Below are positions 48,456 through 61,319 of a stretch of 64,000 nucleotides of DNA, one piece after another. The stretch's first letter is position 1. Every line of letters begins with the position of its first letter. Both the position numbers and the translations under genes were made by a program. The notes beneath the pieces were generated by a model. It searched no databases and had not been told where the DNA came from. It saw nothing but the letters and a program-made list of their open reading frames with translations. The DNA lies in contig NC_043022.1 in assembly GCF_006345805.1 (NCBI RefSeq), positions 6,696,001-6,760,000 on the forward strand, written 5' to 3'. This stretch comes from Octopus sinensis. Taxonomy: Eukaryota.

Positions 48456-48717
48456 ATTTCATTTCATTTCATTTGAGTTTGAGTCCATGCTCAGGCCAAG
48501 TCGAAGACTCCACCCTCAGAGTCTGGTGTGGTTGCCAGGTTGTATTCTCTGTTTAATTTTGACATGTGTAGGAGCGAGTTTGAGTCAGTTTGTGCTCGTT
48601 GTGTATATCCTGGGAGATGGGGTTCATCTCTAATGGTGCTTAAGTATCTATCCAGCTGCAATTTGAATGATTCCACACTGCATCCTGATAGATTTCTGAC
48701 ATGTACCGGAATGGAGT
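48456..48717 (-). mobile_element. second, shorter copy of the same LINE 3' end
   Basis: Near-identical to 35352-35618. Confidence 0.9.
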
Positions 48718-48824
48718 CGATTCTTTTGACTAAAAATTTCTTCAAGGCATTGCCCCAGCCTGGCCACAGTCTAACGCCTGAAACACAGAAAGGTAAACTG
48801 ATGAGTATGTTTATGTTTTCACAG

Positions 48825-48965
48825 CAAAACACTTCTTCGACTGGTCTGGTCTCCCAATAGATGACACATGTATCCAGGGTTTGCACCGATGTTTACAGAA
48901 GTTCACCTACTTAGCTCAGATATTCCACAAGTTTATTGCAAGTTCTGTGCCCACCACAGAGAATG
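48825..48965 (+). CDS. AHCTF1: ELYS exon 18
   Basis: TKHFFDWSGLPIDDTCIQGLHRCLQKF...VPTTEN; |gtaagt; phase 1 to 1. Confidence 0.9.
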
Positions 48966-49296
48966 GTAAGTCTTCGTTTCTTTCTCTTGAAACATTGTTT
49001 TATGTCCAATTTTCCGCACTTGTAAGATTGGAATAGTCTCTTGTTTTTCATTAGAACTGTTTCTAATGCTAGGTTTACAGGAATAAAGTTCCTTCCCGTG
49101 TCATAAAGACTTCTGTGGCATATATATTCCACCCCTGGATGGGACGCCAGTCCATCGCAGGGTTACTCATATAACCGTATATCAGGGATCATGAAAGGTG
49201 TTGGTTACGGAAAACAGAGAATCGATTGTTTCAGTTCTCCGCAGCCTCAAAGACGAAAGGAACTTCTTAACATTTTGTTCTTGTTTTGTTTTGCAG

Positions 49297-49401
49297 GGAT
49301 TGAAGAACTCAAACAGAAACTTGATGCCTTACAACTTCTGTCTCATCACTTGAAAGCTGTGATATGGTTTGTTGAAGCTGGTCTTCTGCCAGAGAATGAT
49401 G
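49297..49401 (+). CDS. AHCTF1: ELYS exon 19
   Basis: GIEELKQKLDALQLLSHHLKAVIWFVEAGLLPEND; |gtgagt; phase 1 to 1. Confidence 0.94.
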
Positions 49402-49450
49402 GTGAGTGTCTTTCTTCATCATCATCATCATCATCATTATCATCATTTAA

Positions 49451-49647
49451 CCCTTTAGCATTTAAACCGGCCATATCCGGCCAAAAGTATTCTGCCTGTT
49501 TTATGTTCAAACTGGCCAGATCTGGTCTCTCAGACCAACCCTGCAATATCATCAAAATCTCATAGCAACAAGATAATGCATGATTAGTTCAAAACAATGT
49601 AGATTAAAAAGCATTAATTTTGGCAGAATAATGTGAACACTAAAGGG
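49451..49647. mobile_element. piggyBac-type MITE, family B
   Basis: TTAA|CCCTTTAG...CTAAAGGG|TTAA. Confidence 0.85.
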
Positions 49648-49905
49648 TTAATGTCCATCTTCCATGCTGGCATGATTGGATGGATTAGCAGAAGCTCATC
49701 TATGCATGCCTGTATCTGTGATCACGTTTGACACAAAATGGTTGCTTAAAAAAATAATCAGCATTACGTGGAAAATGTCACTTGCCTTTCAATGAAATAA
49801 AATAGGTCAATGGGATTGACCCCCAAACCCTCTGAACTCATGCTCCAGCATGGACACAGCCTAATGACCTACATCAGTAAAATATATTTCAACAGTTGTA
49901 TTTAA

Positions 49906-50132
49906 GGCAGCGAGCTGGCAGAAACATTAGCATGCCGGGCGAAATGCTTAGCGGTATTTTGTCTGCCGCTATGTTCTGAGTTCAAATTCCGCCGAGGTCG
50001 ACTTTGCCTTTCATCCTTTCGGGGTCGATAAATTAAGTACCAGTTCACTGGGGTCGATGTAATCGACTTAATCCGTTTGTCTGTCCTTATTTGTCCCATC
50101 TGTGTTTAGCCCCTTGTGGGTAGTAAAGAAAT
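49906..50132 (+). mobile_element. SINE family 2
   Basis: 14-bp TSD ATATATTTCAACAG. Confidence 0.88.
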
Positions 50133-50416
50133 ATATATTTCAACAGATTTGTGAGGATGACAAAGGGAGAGGAACCAATTATGAAGCAAATATTTGTTTT
50201 ACATTTTTTCTTTTTTTTTCTTTTGAAACGTAGAAATCTTGAAAGTTGGTAAAGGACCAAAGGTAGTAAAAATAGTCTTGAATTTTCAGGTTTAAGAAAT
50301 GATCTGTTCTAACTTGATTGTGATTGATAACAGGATGTTGTAAGATTCAGAAAAGACACAGACAGAATGGCTCCTTCACTACTGAACTAAAATTACTTGT
50401 CAGGTGAACTCATTAA

Positions 50417-50636
50417 CCCTTTAGCGTTCAAATTAATATGTCAGAAGTAATCCTTATTCATTTACATTTTAAAAAATTAATCTGGTATTATCTTGTAGCT
50501 TCAAGATTTGAAAGATGTAATTGTTTTTTTTTAGAATTACATTGCAGGGTGGGTGTGAGATACTGGTTCTGGCCAGTTTGAGCATAAAATGTGTAGAATA
50601 TTTGGGCCGGTTATAGCCGGTTTAAACACTAAAGGG
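50417..50636. mobile_element. piggyBac-type MITE, family B
   Basis: TTAA|CCCTTTAG...CTAAAGGG|TTAA. Confidence 0.85.
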
Positions 50637-51228
50637 TTAATGATTACACTACAGAGCACCTGCCGTTCTTAAATTGAATTTTATGTGTTGGAAGGTGAAT
50701 GTTAGTAAGTTAGTCCAATTAAACCAGCAGAAGCAATTATTGTGTAGTCAGTAATGAAGTCATGTGACAAGCAGTAGAGATTAGGGCCGTGTTGCATTAT
50801 TGCTTTCTTGTCTCAATTTGCTCTTGTTATATCTAAGTTTTAGTCCAACCCATACCAGGATGGAAAATGGACATTAAAGGAGGAGGATGGTGTTCCTCTT
50901 CAACTGGCACTCCATCTGTTACGACAACGAGGGTTCCAGTTGATCCAGTCAACGGAACAGCCTGCTGGTGGAATTAACATGCAAGTGGCTGAGCACTCCA
51001 CAGACATATGTACCCTTAACGTAGTTCTCAGGGAGATTTAGTGTGGCACAGAAGGGGACAAGTTTGGCCCCATTGATTTACAGGTACAACTCCCGTTTGT
51101 CAGCTGAGTGGACTGGAGAAGCATGAAATAAACTGCTATGCTGAACGACACAAATTAACGCCTGGAATTGAACTCATGACCTTACAGTCATAAATCAAAT
51201 GCCCTAACCACTAAGCTGCACACCTTCA

Positions 51229-51667
51229 CCCTTTCAATACCAACTCGGCTGAAACTGGGCTCTGACCCTGTAGTACAAATGTCTTGTTTCCATAAGTTTT
51301 GAATTAAAATTTTCTACCAAATCTTAGTCACAATTTATGTTCCTAAAACTAAAACTGAATTGATAACTAAGTTATTTTACTAAATTCTTTGTTATATTTA
51401 ACCCTTTAGCATTCAGATTATTCTGTCAAATGTAAAGCTTATGTATTCACACCATGTAAAATTAATCTTGCATCATTTCATGGCTTTGAGATTTCAATGA
51501 TGTGATTGTTTATTTTTAAAATGACACAATAAGATAGCTATGAATGACCATATCTGACTAGTTTGAGCATAAAATAGGTAGAATATTTTGGCCGGTTTAA
51601 ACACTAAAGGGTTAAAATAATTGGAAGAAACACTGAGCATCTCAAAATAAATACAGTAATGAAAGGG
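51229..51667. mobile_element. piggyBac-type MITE family A (inverted) with a family B copy nested at 51402-51611
   Basis: Family B is flanked by TTAA duplicated at an internal TTAA of family A. Confidence 0.8.
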
Positions 51668-51687
51668 TTAAACATGTTCAAATTTAA

Positions 51688-51909
51688 CCCTTTCATTACT
51701 GTATTTATTTTGAGACGCTCTGTGTCTCTTCCAATTATTTTAAATATAACAAAGAATTTAATAAAATAACTTCGTTATCATTAAGTTAGTGTTAGGAACA
51801 TAAAATTGTGACTAAGGTTTGGTGGAAGATTTTAATTCAAAACTTTTGAAAACAAGACATTTGTACTACAGAGCCAGAGGCAGTTTCAGCCGGGTTGGTA
51901 ACGAAAGGG
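51688..51909. mobile_element. piggyBac-type MITE, family A
   Basis: TTAA|CCCTTTC...GAAAGGG|TTAA. Confidence 0.85.
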
Positions 51910-52020
51910 TTAAATGAATATGTCTCATTACTGCATGAATAACGAGGAGGGATTTCATGGCACAGTTTTCTGTTCTCACATTGAAACTGCATTTTTTTCT
52001 TCCTCTTTCTTTTGTTTCAG

Positions 52021-52117
52021 AATTAGCAAATGATACCCCTGGTCTCTATAAATACCCTCGGCTGAACCTGTTCGAAGAATTCTCAAAACGTCGCAGTGAG
52101 ATAAAGCAATTAAACAG
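52021..52117 (+). CDS. AHCTF1: ELYS exon 20
   Basis: ELANDTPGLYKYPRLNLFEEFSKRRSEIKQLN; AG|gtagga; phase 1 to 2. Confidence 0.88.
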
Positions 52118-52363
52118 GTAGGAATTTCTTGTTGGCCTCTTCTGCGACTCTCATTCAGTGGAACACTCCTTCTGCCCTTCCCAGTGACTTTGGATAGTTT
52201 TTATGTATTTATGTAGGCACAGGCATGGCTGTGGGGTGAGAAGTTTACTTCTCAACCACATGGCACCAAGTGTCTTCTATAGCCCTGGGCCAACCAAAGC
52301 CTTGTGAGTGGATTTGGTAGATGGAAACTGAAAGAAGCCCATTGTGTGTGTTTGTATATAGAA

Positions 52364-52712
52364 CTAGTTGAATTGCCCGGCAATGCTCGGGGCTGAATTG
52401 CTTGAAAGTACTGTAAATGATTGCACTGAATTATGATGATTATTCAGGCAAATACTGATATAAGTTTACGGTGGGAGATAAGGACTTAACGATCAAACGT
52501 GTACCATTGCATTGTTTTGGGGGAACCAAATTTCTGATGAGCTTTTTGCTTAATTGGAGGTGAAATTGGAAAAACTGTACCTGCCACGACCCGATGGATT
52601 CTACTTGTAAAAATGATCGGTAAATTCTAATTGAAGAAATTCTATATTGTAGATTTGTATAATAAACAAACGGTTTGGGAGGCAGATAAAATCTGCCTTT
52701 TATAATAAGAGA
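52364..52712 (-). mobile_element. non-autonomous Helitron-type element
   Basis: Minus strand: A|TCTCTTATTATAAAAGG ... CCCGAGCATTGCCGGG, 8 nt, CTAG|T. Confidence 0.8.
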
Positions 52713-53283
52713 TAAGTCCCAGGTTTTAAAATTTTAGGAAAATAAGTACTGGGGTTGATTCATTTGACTAAAAATTCAAGGTGGTGCTACAGCATGGCCG
52801 CAGTCCAATGACTGATACAAGTAAAAGATGAAAGATAAATGTGTGTGTTGTATAGCCCCTGTTCAGCTCTGATTCTGCCAAACAGCAGCCAAATTCAATT
52901 CTTTGATTTTTCTCCCTCCCCATATCCGCCACATGAAGTACCACTTTTTCCTCTCTTTGTTTCTCTCTCACTCTTTCTTTCTTTACCTGAATCTGCCAAC
53001 ATCTTCACCTCTGGCCACTGACCTGAAGCTATTCTGATATTTCGGCTGGACTCAAACCAAGGCATCTCTACTAGTTTCATTCCCAAATTAGTGGAACATA
53101 AAACAGCTATGAGTTGCAGATGATTATCTTCCACTAGTGGTATAAACAAGAGTGCTTATATGCACCACAAGTCCATATGAGAGGTTCTCTCGTGGTAAAT
53201 AGCACAATATTCTGTGTTCTTACACAACATCCACTTTAAGTGGGGAATAGATATTAACTACGACTAATATATTAATTATAATA

Positions 53284-53679
53284 GGCGCAGGAGTGGTTGT
53301 GTGGTAAGTAGCTTGCTAACCAACCACATGGTTCCGGGTTCAGTCCCACTGCATAGCATCTTGGGCAAGTGTCTTCTGCTATAGCCCCGGGCCGACCAAT
53401 GCCTTGTGAGTGGATTTGGTAGACGGAAACTGAAAGAAGCCCGTCGTATATATATATATATATGTGTGTGTTTGTGTTTGTCCCCCTAGCATTGCTTGAC
53501 AACCGTTGCTGGTGTGTTTACGGCCCCGTCACTTAGCGGCGGTTCGGCAAAAGAGACCGATAGAATAAGTACTGGGCTTACAAAGAATAAGTCCCAGGGT
53601 CGATTTGCTTGACTAAAGGCGGTGCTCCAGCATGGCTGCAGTCAAATGACTGAAACAAGTAAAAGAGTAAAAGAGAGTA
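53284..53679 (+). mobile_element. SINE family 1, full length
   Basis: Same consensus. Confidence 0.9.
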
Positions 53680-55414
53680 TATCAACTGAAATTAATATCA
53701 ATCATAATACAGTATTAGCATTGATTCTTGAGTGACAAAGTGGTTAATTAGGATTGAGAGCTTGATTACCAAATGAACAGTGGCCAATACCTTGTTCTTC
53801 ATACTCAGTCGCACTCCCACCCATTTTACCATTCTAACTAGGCCTGAATGACTTTTGGCACATGGCCAGTAATTTTGGAGGTGGGGTAAGTTGATTACAA
53901 CACGCCACCCCTAATATTTGACTGGTGCTTAATTTCATTGACCTTGAAAGGATGAAAGGCAAAGTTAATCTCAGCAGAATTTGAACTCGATCTAAGGATG
54001 GATGAAATTCCGCTAAGCATTTTGACTGGTATGCTAACTGTTCTACCAGCTTGCTGTCTTGATGATGATGGTGGTGGTTTTAAATTTTCTCATAAGGGCA
54101 GCAAATTTAGAGGTGGGGCATAGTCGATTACATTTGACCCCAGTATTTCACTGGTATTTAATTTATCAACCCCAAAAGGATGAAAGGCTAAGTCAACCTT
54201 GGTGGAATTTAAACTCAGAACTTAAAGACAGATGAAATACACATCTAAGCATTTCGCCCAGCGTGCTAATGATTCTGCCAGCTCCCCACCTAATGAGAAT
54301 AATCCTTTCTACTACAGGCACAAGGCCCGGAAGTTTGGGTTGGGGGGTGTGGGGTTAGGTTGATTACATCAACCCCAGTTCTTAACTGGTACTTGCATTA
54401 TTAACCCTGAAATGTTGAGAAGCAAAGTCAAATTCTGCTTTTAAATTTTGGCACAAGGCCAGCAATTTCAAGAGTGGGCTAAGTCGATTAGAGTGGCCCC
54501 AGGATTCAACTGGTAACTCTTTCATCAACTCTGAAAGAATGAATAACAAGGTTCACCTCGATGGAATTTGAACTCAGAACGTAAGATGACCTGCTGCTAA
54601 GCATTTTGATTGATGTGCTAACAATTCTGTGAAGGAAAAAAAGGTTGAGGTATTGTTTTGCAACTGACAGCCCTTCCTTGTTGCTAATTCTCACCTGTTT
54701 CTCAAAGAATCATCATCGTTTAGCGTCCGTTTTCCATGCTGCCATGGGTTGGACGGTTCGACTGGGGTCTGGGAAGCCAGAAGGCTGCACCAGGCCCAGT
54801 CAGATCTGGCAGTGTTTCTACGGCTGGATGCCCTTCCTAACGCCAACCACTCCGTGAGTGTAGTGGGTGCTTATTACGTGCCACCCGCACAGGTGCCAGA
54901 CAGAGCTGGCAAATGGCCACGAACGGATGGTGCTTTTACGTGTCACCGGCACGGGGCCAGGCGAGGCTGGCAACGGACACGAACGGATGGTGCTTTTACG
55001 TGCCACCAACACGGGGGCCAGACAGAGCTGGCAAACGGCCACGAAACGGATGGTGCTTCGAAAATGGATTTTGTTTTTATTCCATGCCCCTTTGAAAGTG
55101 CAGAGGTAGAGGGCAACTTGGTTTGTAGGAAATGTCCACAAGCATTTGTTTTTTCTCAACACTTTGATGTGAGGGTCCAGAACGCAGACATTTACTGGGA
55201 TTCCACACAGTTTCCTTCTACCAATTCCCCTGAGGAGGCATTGGTTGACTTGAAGATGAGGTACCCAAGGAATTATGCAGTGAGATGGAACTCAAGACTA
55301 GTGGTTATAAACCAAAGTCTATATCTATTCAACTATGCTTATGAAAGTGTTTACAAAATAAACATTAACCGCTAATTACTGGTATTAATCCTAATTATTT
55401 TCTGTCTGTTTCAG

Positions 55415-55535
55415 TGACTTAAAGCCTAACGAGTTACTAATGATAGACGGTTTAATTGCTAATATGGCGCCGTCTGTCTGTGATGTCTGGAAGCAAGATG
55501 GAGGAGATGAATTGTACCCACCACCAAGCATAAGT
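55415..55535 (+). CDS. AHCTF1: ELYS exon 21
   Basis: SDLKPNELLMIDGLIANMAPSVCDVWKQDGGDELYPPPSIS; |gtaagt; phase 2 to 0. Confidence 0.95.
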
Positions 55536-56932
55536 GTAAGTAGAGGGGAGGGAGATGAATTGAACCCTTTTTCAGCTTAACCCCTTTATGTCACCGTATC
55601 TGACTTTAGGATACAAAACTCTCCAAACTCTCGTTACCCGGGTTTCTGTTGAAATGCACAATTTTTGTTTCAATTAATTTCAAAAATAACGAATTAAATA
55701 CAATAATTTTGTCCTTATTAATCTGGTGTTTGGAACCTTAATTAACCTGACATTTTGAGGGAAGGTTTTAATTTAGATCACTTTTTGTTACCATATTTCT
55801 TAATATAAAAAATAATGTAGAAATTAGTGAAATAATTTTGTCACATGGACCAGGCAGTGTGTTATGTTCCTGAGCAAATCTTTTGCTCAAGAACATAACA
55901 CACTGCCTGGTCCATGAATTCAAACCATGATTTTGCGATCATGTGGATGTACACATGTTAAAGTATACATGTATGTTTAAAGTATGGCCGTTTGCCAGCC
56001 CCGTCTAGCACGTAAAAAGCACCCACTACACTCAAGGAGTGGTTGGCGTTAGGAAGGGCATCCAGCCGTAGAAACATTGCCAGATCAGACTGGGCCTGGT
56101 GCAGCTTTCTGGCCTCCCAGACCCCAGTTGAACCGTCCAACCCATGCTAGCATGGAAAGCGGACGCTAAATGATGATGATGATGATGATGATGATGAAGC
56201 TGGTGTTTGGAACATAAATTAACATTAAATTTTAATGAAAGGTTTTAAATTAAAGCATTTTAATAGTGTAAGATTATATCATAGATCCAAGGGTGAATTC
56301 AGGTGAGTTGATATCAAAAGGGTTTAAATGTTTTTTAATTTAAATTTTCAATTTTTATTTTAGTTAGTCCTTAACAGTTGTTTTTGCTTGGATTCACTTC
56401 AAGGTCCCAAGGCACTCCTCCTCATACTTCCCCCCAAAAAGTGGCAAGTTTACTGTTGGTTGTACTGGCCATTGGTGGAGACCCCTCTACCTAAGATCTG
56501 AATGTGTTCCTTGCTAACCCACATGACAAATGCAGTATGATTGTTCTTTCAAACCCATTTCCTGTTGCAGTTTTGGTGGACTTATTTGGACCGGTCACAA
56601 AGCTGGTATTTGGATTTGACCCACAATTTTATTTTTTAAAAACATCTTCAGTTTTGTTCCAAATCCACCAGTATAATAACAAAAAAGTTATTTGACTTAA
56701 ATCTCTAGCATCCAGTCCACTCTGTACAGTGGGTGGCATTTGGAAGGGCATCTGACCATAAAACCCATGCCACAATTACACAGTGCAGCGTAGTGCAGTC
56801 GTCTGGCTTGCCAGCTCCTGACAAACAGTCCAACTTCTGCTCTCATGGAAAAAAAAGGATATAAATGGTGATGATGAAAATGAATTGAAACAAACAGGTT
56901 GTCTTTTAGAAATCTGGCCTTGGAATGGTTAA

Positions 56933-57153
56933 CCCTTTAGTGTTCAGATTACTCTGTTAAATGTAATACCTTTTCACTCAAATTGTTTTGAATTAATTAT
57001 GCATTATCTTATAGCTTTGAGGTTTCAATGATGTGATTGCTTATTTTTAGAATGTCAATGTAGGTTAGGTGTGAAAGGCTAGATATTGCCAGTTTGGATA
57101 TAAAACATGTAGAATATATTGGGCCGGATTTGGCCGGTTTAAACACTAAAGGG
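56933..57153. mobile_element. piggyBac-type MITE, family B
   Basis: TTAA|CCCTTTAG...CTAAAGGG|TTAA. Confidence 0.85.
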
Positions 57154-57869
57154 TTAAAGAGTAAAATTCCTGGAAGTTCTGAGATACTTGCTTCTATTCA
57201 ACAGTCAGGAGATTGAGTGAATTATGACCTTGCAGAGAAATATAAAGATTGGTGGAGGAGTTACTTTTTATCGCAGTAAAACCTTGCTGAATTTGGCTGA
57301 GGTTGGAGGTAGTCTTTGGTAGAATCAGGGGTCGGGATGGGGTTGTTACAAATGTTCCATTCCTACCAAAGGGTTTGGTTTCTTTTTGTCTCCAGTTAAT
57401 GCTTAGAATACTTTGTGTGTGTGTGTGTGTATTTTGTATGCATGCACAGACATATACATGTGAAGCAGCTAGGGAGTCTCTGTTGTGGTGTCTCAACCTG
57501 CTAGAAATAGCAGTCACATTTCTGTAAAATTGCACTTCTGTCTTTAAAATTTAATTGGTTTACAGTATAGAGCATTGGGCTAACTAACCATACTTATTTT
57601 GTGCTGGGCTAACAGCATTGAAGTGGATATAGCATTGGGCTAACAGTCTAAATCCACAACCATTTAGAATTTAATTGCTACACATAAGGCGTTAGGAAGG
57701 GCATCCAGCTGTAGAAACACTGCCAGATCTGACTGGCCTGGTGCAGCCTTCGGGCTTGCCAGACCCCAGTTGAACCGTCCAACCCATGCTAGCATGGAAA
57801 GCGGACGTTAAACGATGATGATGATGAAGGGGAGGATTTCGGTTAGAAATATAGGTACGAAAGGATTAA

Positions 57870-58090
57870 CCCTTTAGCATTTAAACCGGCCATATCCGAC
57901 CAAAAGTATTCTGCTTGTTTTATGTTCAAACTGGCCAGATCTGGTCTCTCACACCAACCCTACCATATCATTTTAAAAATTAACAGCTACCTCATCAAAA
58001 TCTCATAGCTACAAGATTAATGAATGATTAGTTCAAAACAATGTGGATAAAAAGGATTAATTTTGGCAGAATAATGTGAACACTAAAGGG
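57870..58090. mobile_element. piggyBac-type MITE, family B
   Basis: TTAA TSD confirmed by the empty paralogous site near 59503. Confidence 0.92.
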
Positions 58091-58526
58091 TTAAATATGT
58101 TTTGTATTTATACAGATTTTGTGGACAGTGTGATGGTCAGAGCTGGAGTGTCTTGGGTTATTGTTCTGTTGAATCGGTACCTACCTGAATAACTTGTACT
58201 CGGAAGGAAAACATCTTAGGCTTCGTTTTTTATATTGTAAAACTAAACAAATGATAATAGTATAGTTTATTATAGTTGGTAGATTGTAGTTTATGATATG
58301 GGTGTTGGTAGAATGTAGTTTGTTGTACTAAGTTATTGGCACGGTGTTATCTAGTTACTGTATCTAATTTCAGCATTGCATATTCATGACAAAATGAGCA
58401 CAAGGGGCAAAATGGGTTTAGGGGTTGCCTAACTTCACAAATAGGAGGATCTTGGATGAGTTTTTTTGTTTTTCCTTATATTTCCTCAAAAATGGTTAAT
58501 TTTTGTCTGCCTTTCCTTTGTTTCAG

Positions 58527-58637
58527 GCATTACTCTATATTTACCTGCTGGAAGATGTTTCATTGATCACCAAGCATTGTGTAGTTGGATATTTCTTTTT
58601 AGATTTAGCCTCACTGGGAGAGGAAGACAACTCAAAG
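58527..58637 (+). CDS. AHCTF1: ELYS exon 22
   Basis: ALLYIYLLEDVSLITKHCVVGYFFLDLASLGEEDNSK; AAG|gttcgt; phase 0 to 0. Confidence 0.9.
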
Positions 58638-59220
58638 GTTCGTAGTACCTGGTTTGTTTATGCATCTTGTCTTATCTCTGTCTATCATAACCCACAGCAC
58701 TTTCAGTAATATATGTTCCAGTTCTTTGACCAAAGGAACCACCTCCTTCCTGTATTATAAGTGGCTGTGTATTCCTCAGTTTATCAAAACTCACATCAAT
58801 GTTATAAAAAGCATTCTAGATGTGCAATCAACTGAACTGCTTACTTACTGTATTATAGCATATGTGGTTGAATATTCCACAGATAGTATGATGTTCATTT
58901 TGACAGTACAAACCCTTTCAGATACAACTCAACTATTGCCCTTCACAGTTCTCAACCCTGAAAGGAGGGAAGGCAAAGTCAACCTTGATGGAATTTGAAC
59001 TCAGAACGTAAAGATGGACAAAATGCGGATTTTGCCAGCTGACAGCTGTAGTGTAGATGCAGATGTTGTAAACACACACACATGTGTAGTGTGTAAAAGC
59101 TCGGGTTTATTGTCAGGAAAATTACCATTTTTCTGTTTGTTTAGAATTATTTATTTTGTATTAGAAACAACAAACTGTGAGTACTTTCTTAATTGATTTC
59201 TCTCTTCTCTGATATTTCAG

Positions 59221-59322
59221 TTGGCTGCTAAAGTAACTGCTTTCTCCCAGATCTTCTCTGTGCCAACAGAAACCATGAACCTTATTACGGGGTTCTGGTT
59301 TCTTGACCACAAGGACTTTGAG
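59221..59322 (+). CDS. AHCTF1: ELYS exon 23
   Basis: LAAKVTAFSQIFSVPTETMNLITGFWFLDHKDFE; |gtaaat; phase 0 to 0. Confidence 0.95.
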
Positions 59323-60062
59323 GTAAATTCACAATCTCTACCATTATACATTGCTAGATTAATTGGTTTACAGTATAGAGCATTGGGCTAACTAACCATA
59401 CTTATTTTGTGCTGGGCTAACAGTCTAAATCCACAACCATTTAGAATTTAATTGCTACACATAAGGGGAGGATTTCAGTTAGAAATATAGGTATGAAAGG
59501 ATTAAATATGTTTTGTATTTATACATTAAATTTATTGTTAAATATATTTTACAGCAGCAAAGCTGTATGAGACGAGGTGTTGAAGCATGATCCTTGAATG
59601 TTGGGCCTCATGGAGGCAATGACAAGTGACCAACCCCTTTGGTGATATACTGTGCTTAGGACTCATTAAGCAAAGTGAAATCATAGTTGTGCCTGACGCA
59701 TAACTGGCACCTGTGCCAGTGGCACATAAAAAGCACCTGTTACACTCTTGGAGTGGTTGGCATTAGGAAGGGCGTCCAGCTGTAGAAACCATGCTAAATC
59801 AGACTGGAACCTGGAGCTGCTCTCTGGCTTACTCGTTCCAGTCAAACCGTCTGACCCATACCAGCATGGGAAATGGGTGCTAAATGATGATGATAAGCAT
59901 ATTTCCAGTAGTTGCAGCCAGTTTTATAATTTCAAAGATAGTCTGAAGTGAGTTGGTGCCCAGCGGGGATTATCTTTGGTTTGCAGCTCAAGTGAAAGAG
60001 AGGCAGGGTGAGGAAATTGTTTTTGAAATGGGAACTGAATTGGAATATTTCTGTCATTTCAG

Positions 60063-60244
60063 GTTGCTTTCTACTCTTTGGCAAAATCCTCCGTTTTTGG
60101 CCAATGGCAGCATCGACAAGTGATAAAATCTCTCTTGTATCAAGAAGAATATAAACTGGCCCTACAGTACCTGGCTGTTAAAAAGCCTCCTCTGTCGTCT
60201 CCAGAGGAAATCAAGCTAAAGCTCACTACGTTTCTGTTCAATGG
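60063..60244 (+). CDS. AHCTF1: ELYS exon 24
   Basis: VAFYSLAKSSVFGQWQHRQVIKSLLYQEEYKLALQYLAVKKPP...TFLFN; GG|gtaagt; phase 0 to 2. Confidence 0.94.
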
Positions 60245-60509
60245 GTAAGTCTGTTTCATCCTGTCTAATCATTATTTTCATTATGTTAATGTCACACAAA
60301 TGGCCCCTGTGCTGGTGGCACGCAAAAGCACCCGTTACACTCTGCAGAGTGGTTGGCATTAGGAAAGATACTGCCCCAGCCGGCCCAAAAAATGTTGTGG
60401 GCAATTTTCTAGAATTGGGAGTTCTTTAACCCTATCAGGTTGTGTTCCTGGTATGGTGGGAATAGCCTAAACATAATCTCTACTGGGTTCCTGTTAAATG
60501 AATAACATA

Positions 60510-60893
60510 TACTCTTTTACTTGTTTCAGTCATTTGACTGCGGCCATGCTGGAGCATCGCCTTTAGTTGAGCAAATCGACCCCTTTGTAAGCCCAGTACT
60601 TATTCTATCAGTCTTTTTTGCCGAACCGCTAGGTGACGGGGACGTAAACACACAAGCATCGGTTGTCAAGCAATGCTAGGGGGACAAACACAGACACACA
60701 AACACACACATATATATATATACATATATACGACAGGCTTCTTTCAGTTTCCGTCTACCAAATCCACTCACAAGGTATTGGTCGGCCCGGGGCTATAGCA
60801 GAAGACACTTACCCAAGATGCCACGCAGTGGGACTGAACCCGGAACCATGTGGTTGTTTAGCAAGCTACTTACCACACAGCCACTCCTGCGCC
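60510..60893 (-). mobile_element. SINE family 1
   Basis: Same consensus, minus strand. Confidence 0.88.
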
Positions 60894-61319
60894 TATGTAG
60901 AAAAAGATGAAATATTAAAGTTAGACAACAGATCATGTGGCTTCTTTTGTAGTCGAGTGTTTATGATTCATTGTTAATGGTGTCCCTTGTTTTTGTGACA
61001 GTAGTTAGAGTGTTGGGTTCACAATCCTGAAGTAATGAGTCTAATTCCTCAACTGGGCTGCACGTTGTGTTCTTGAGCAAGACACTTTATTTCACATTGC
61101 ACCAGTTCATCATCTGTGGAAAAGAGTTGCAACATCACTGATGCCAAGCTGTATCAGCTTTTGCCTTTCCCCTGGATAATATCAGTGGTGTAGAGAGGAT
61201 GGAATGCATGGCTGACTGCTTGTCTTCCATAAACAACCTTGCCTGGACTTATGCCTCTGAGGGGAATTTTCTAGGTGCGATCCCATGGCCATTCATGACT
61301 GAAGGGGGTTTTTACCCAT

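Noticed and set aside
53060-53110. Hammerhead-like GAAACTAGTAGAG on the minus strand
   Set aside because: No CUGANGA core upstream (reads CTGTTTT); too degenerate.
54749-55375. 208-aa ORF
   Set aside because: The first half is antisense retroposon sequence; the rest has no recognisable domain and lies in an ELYS intron.
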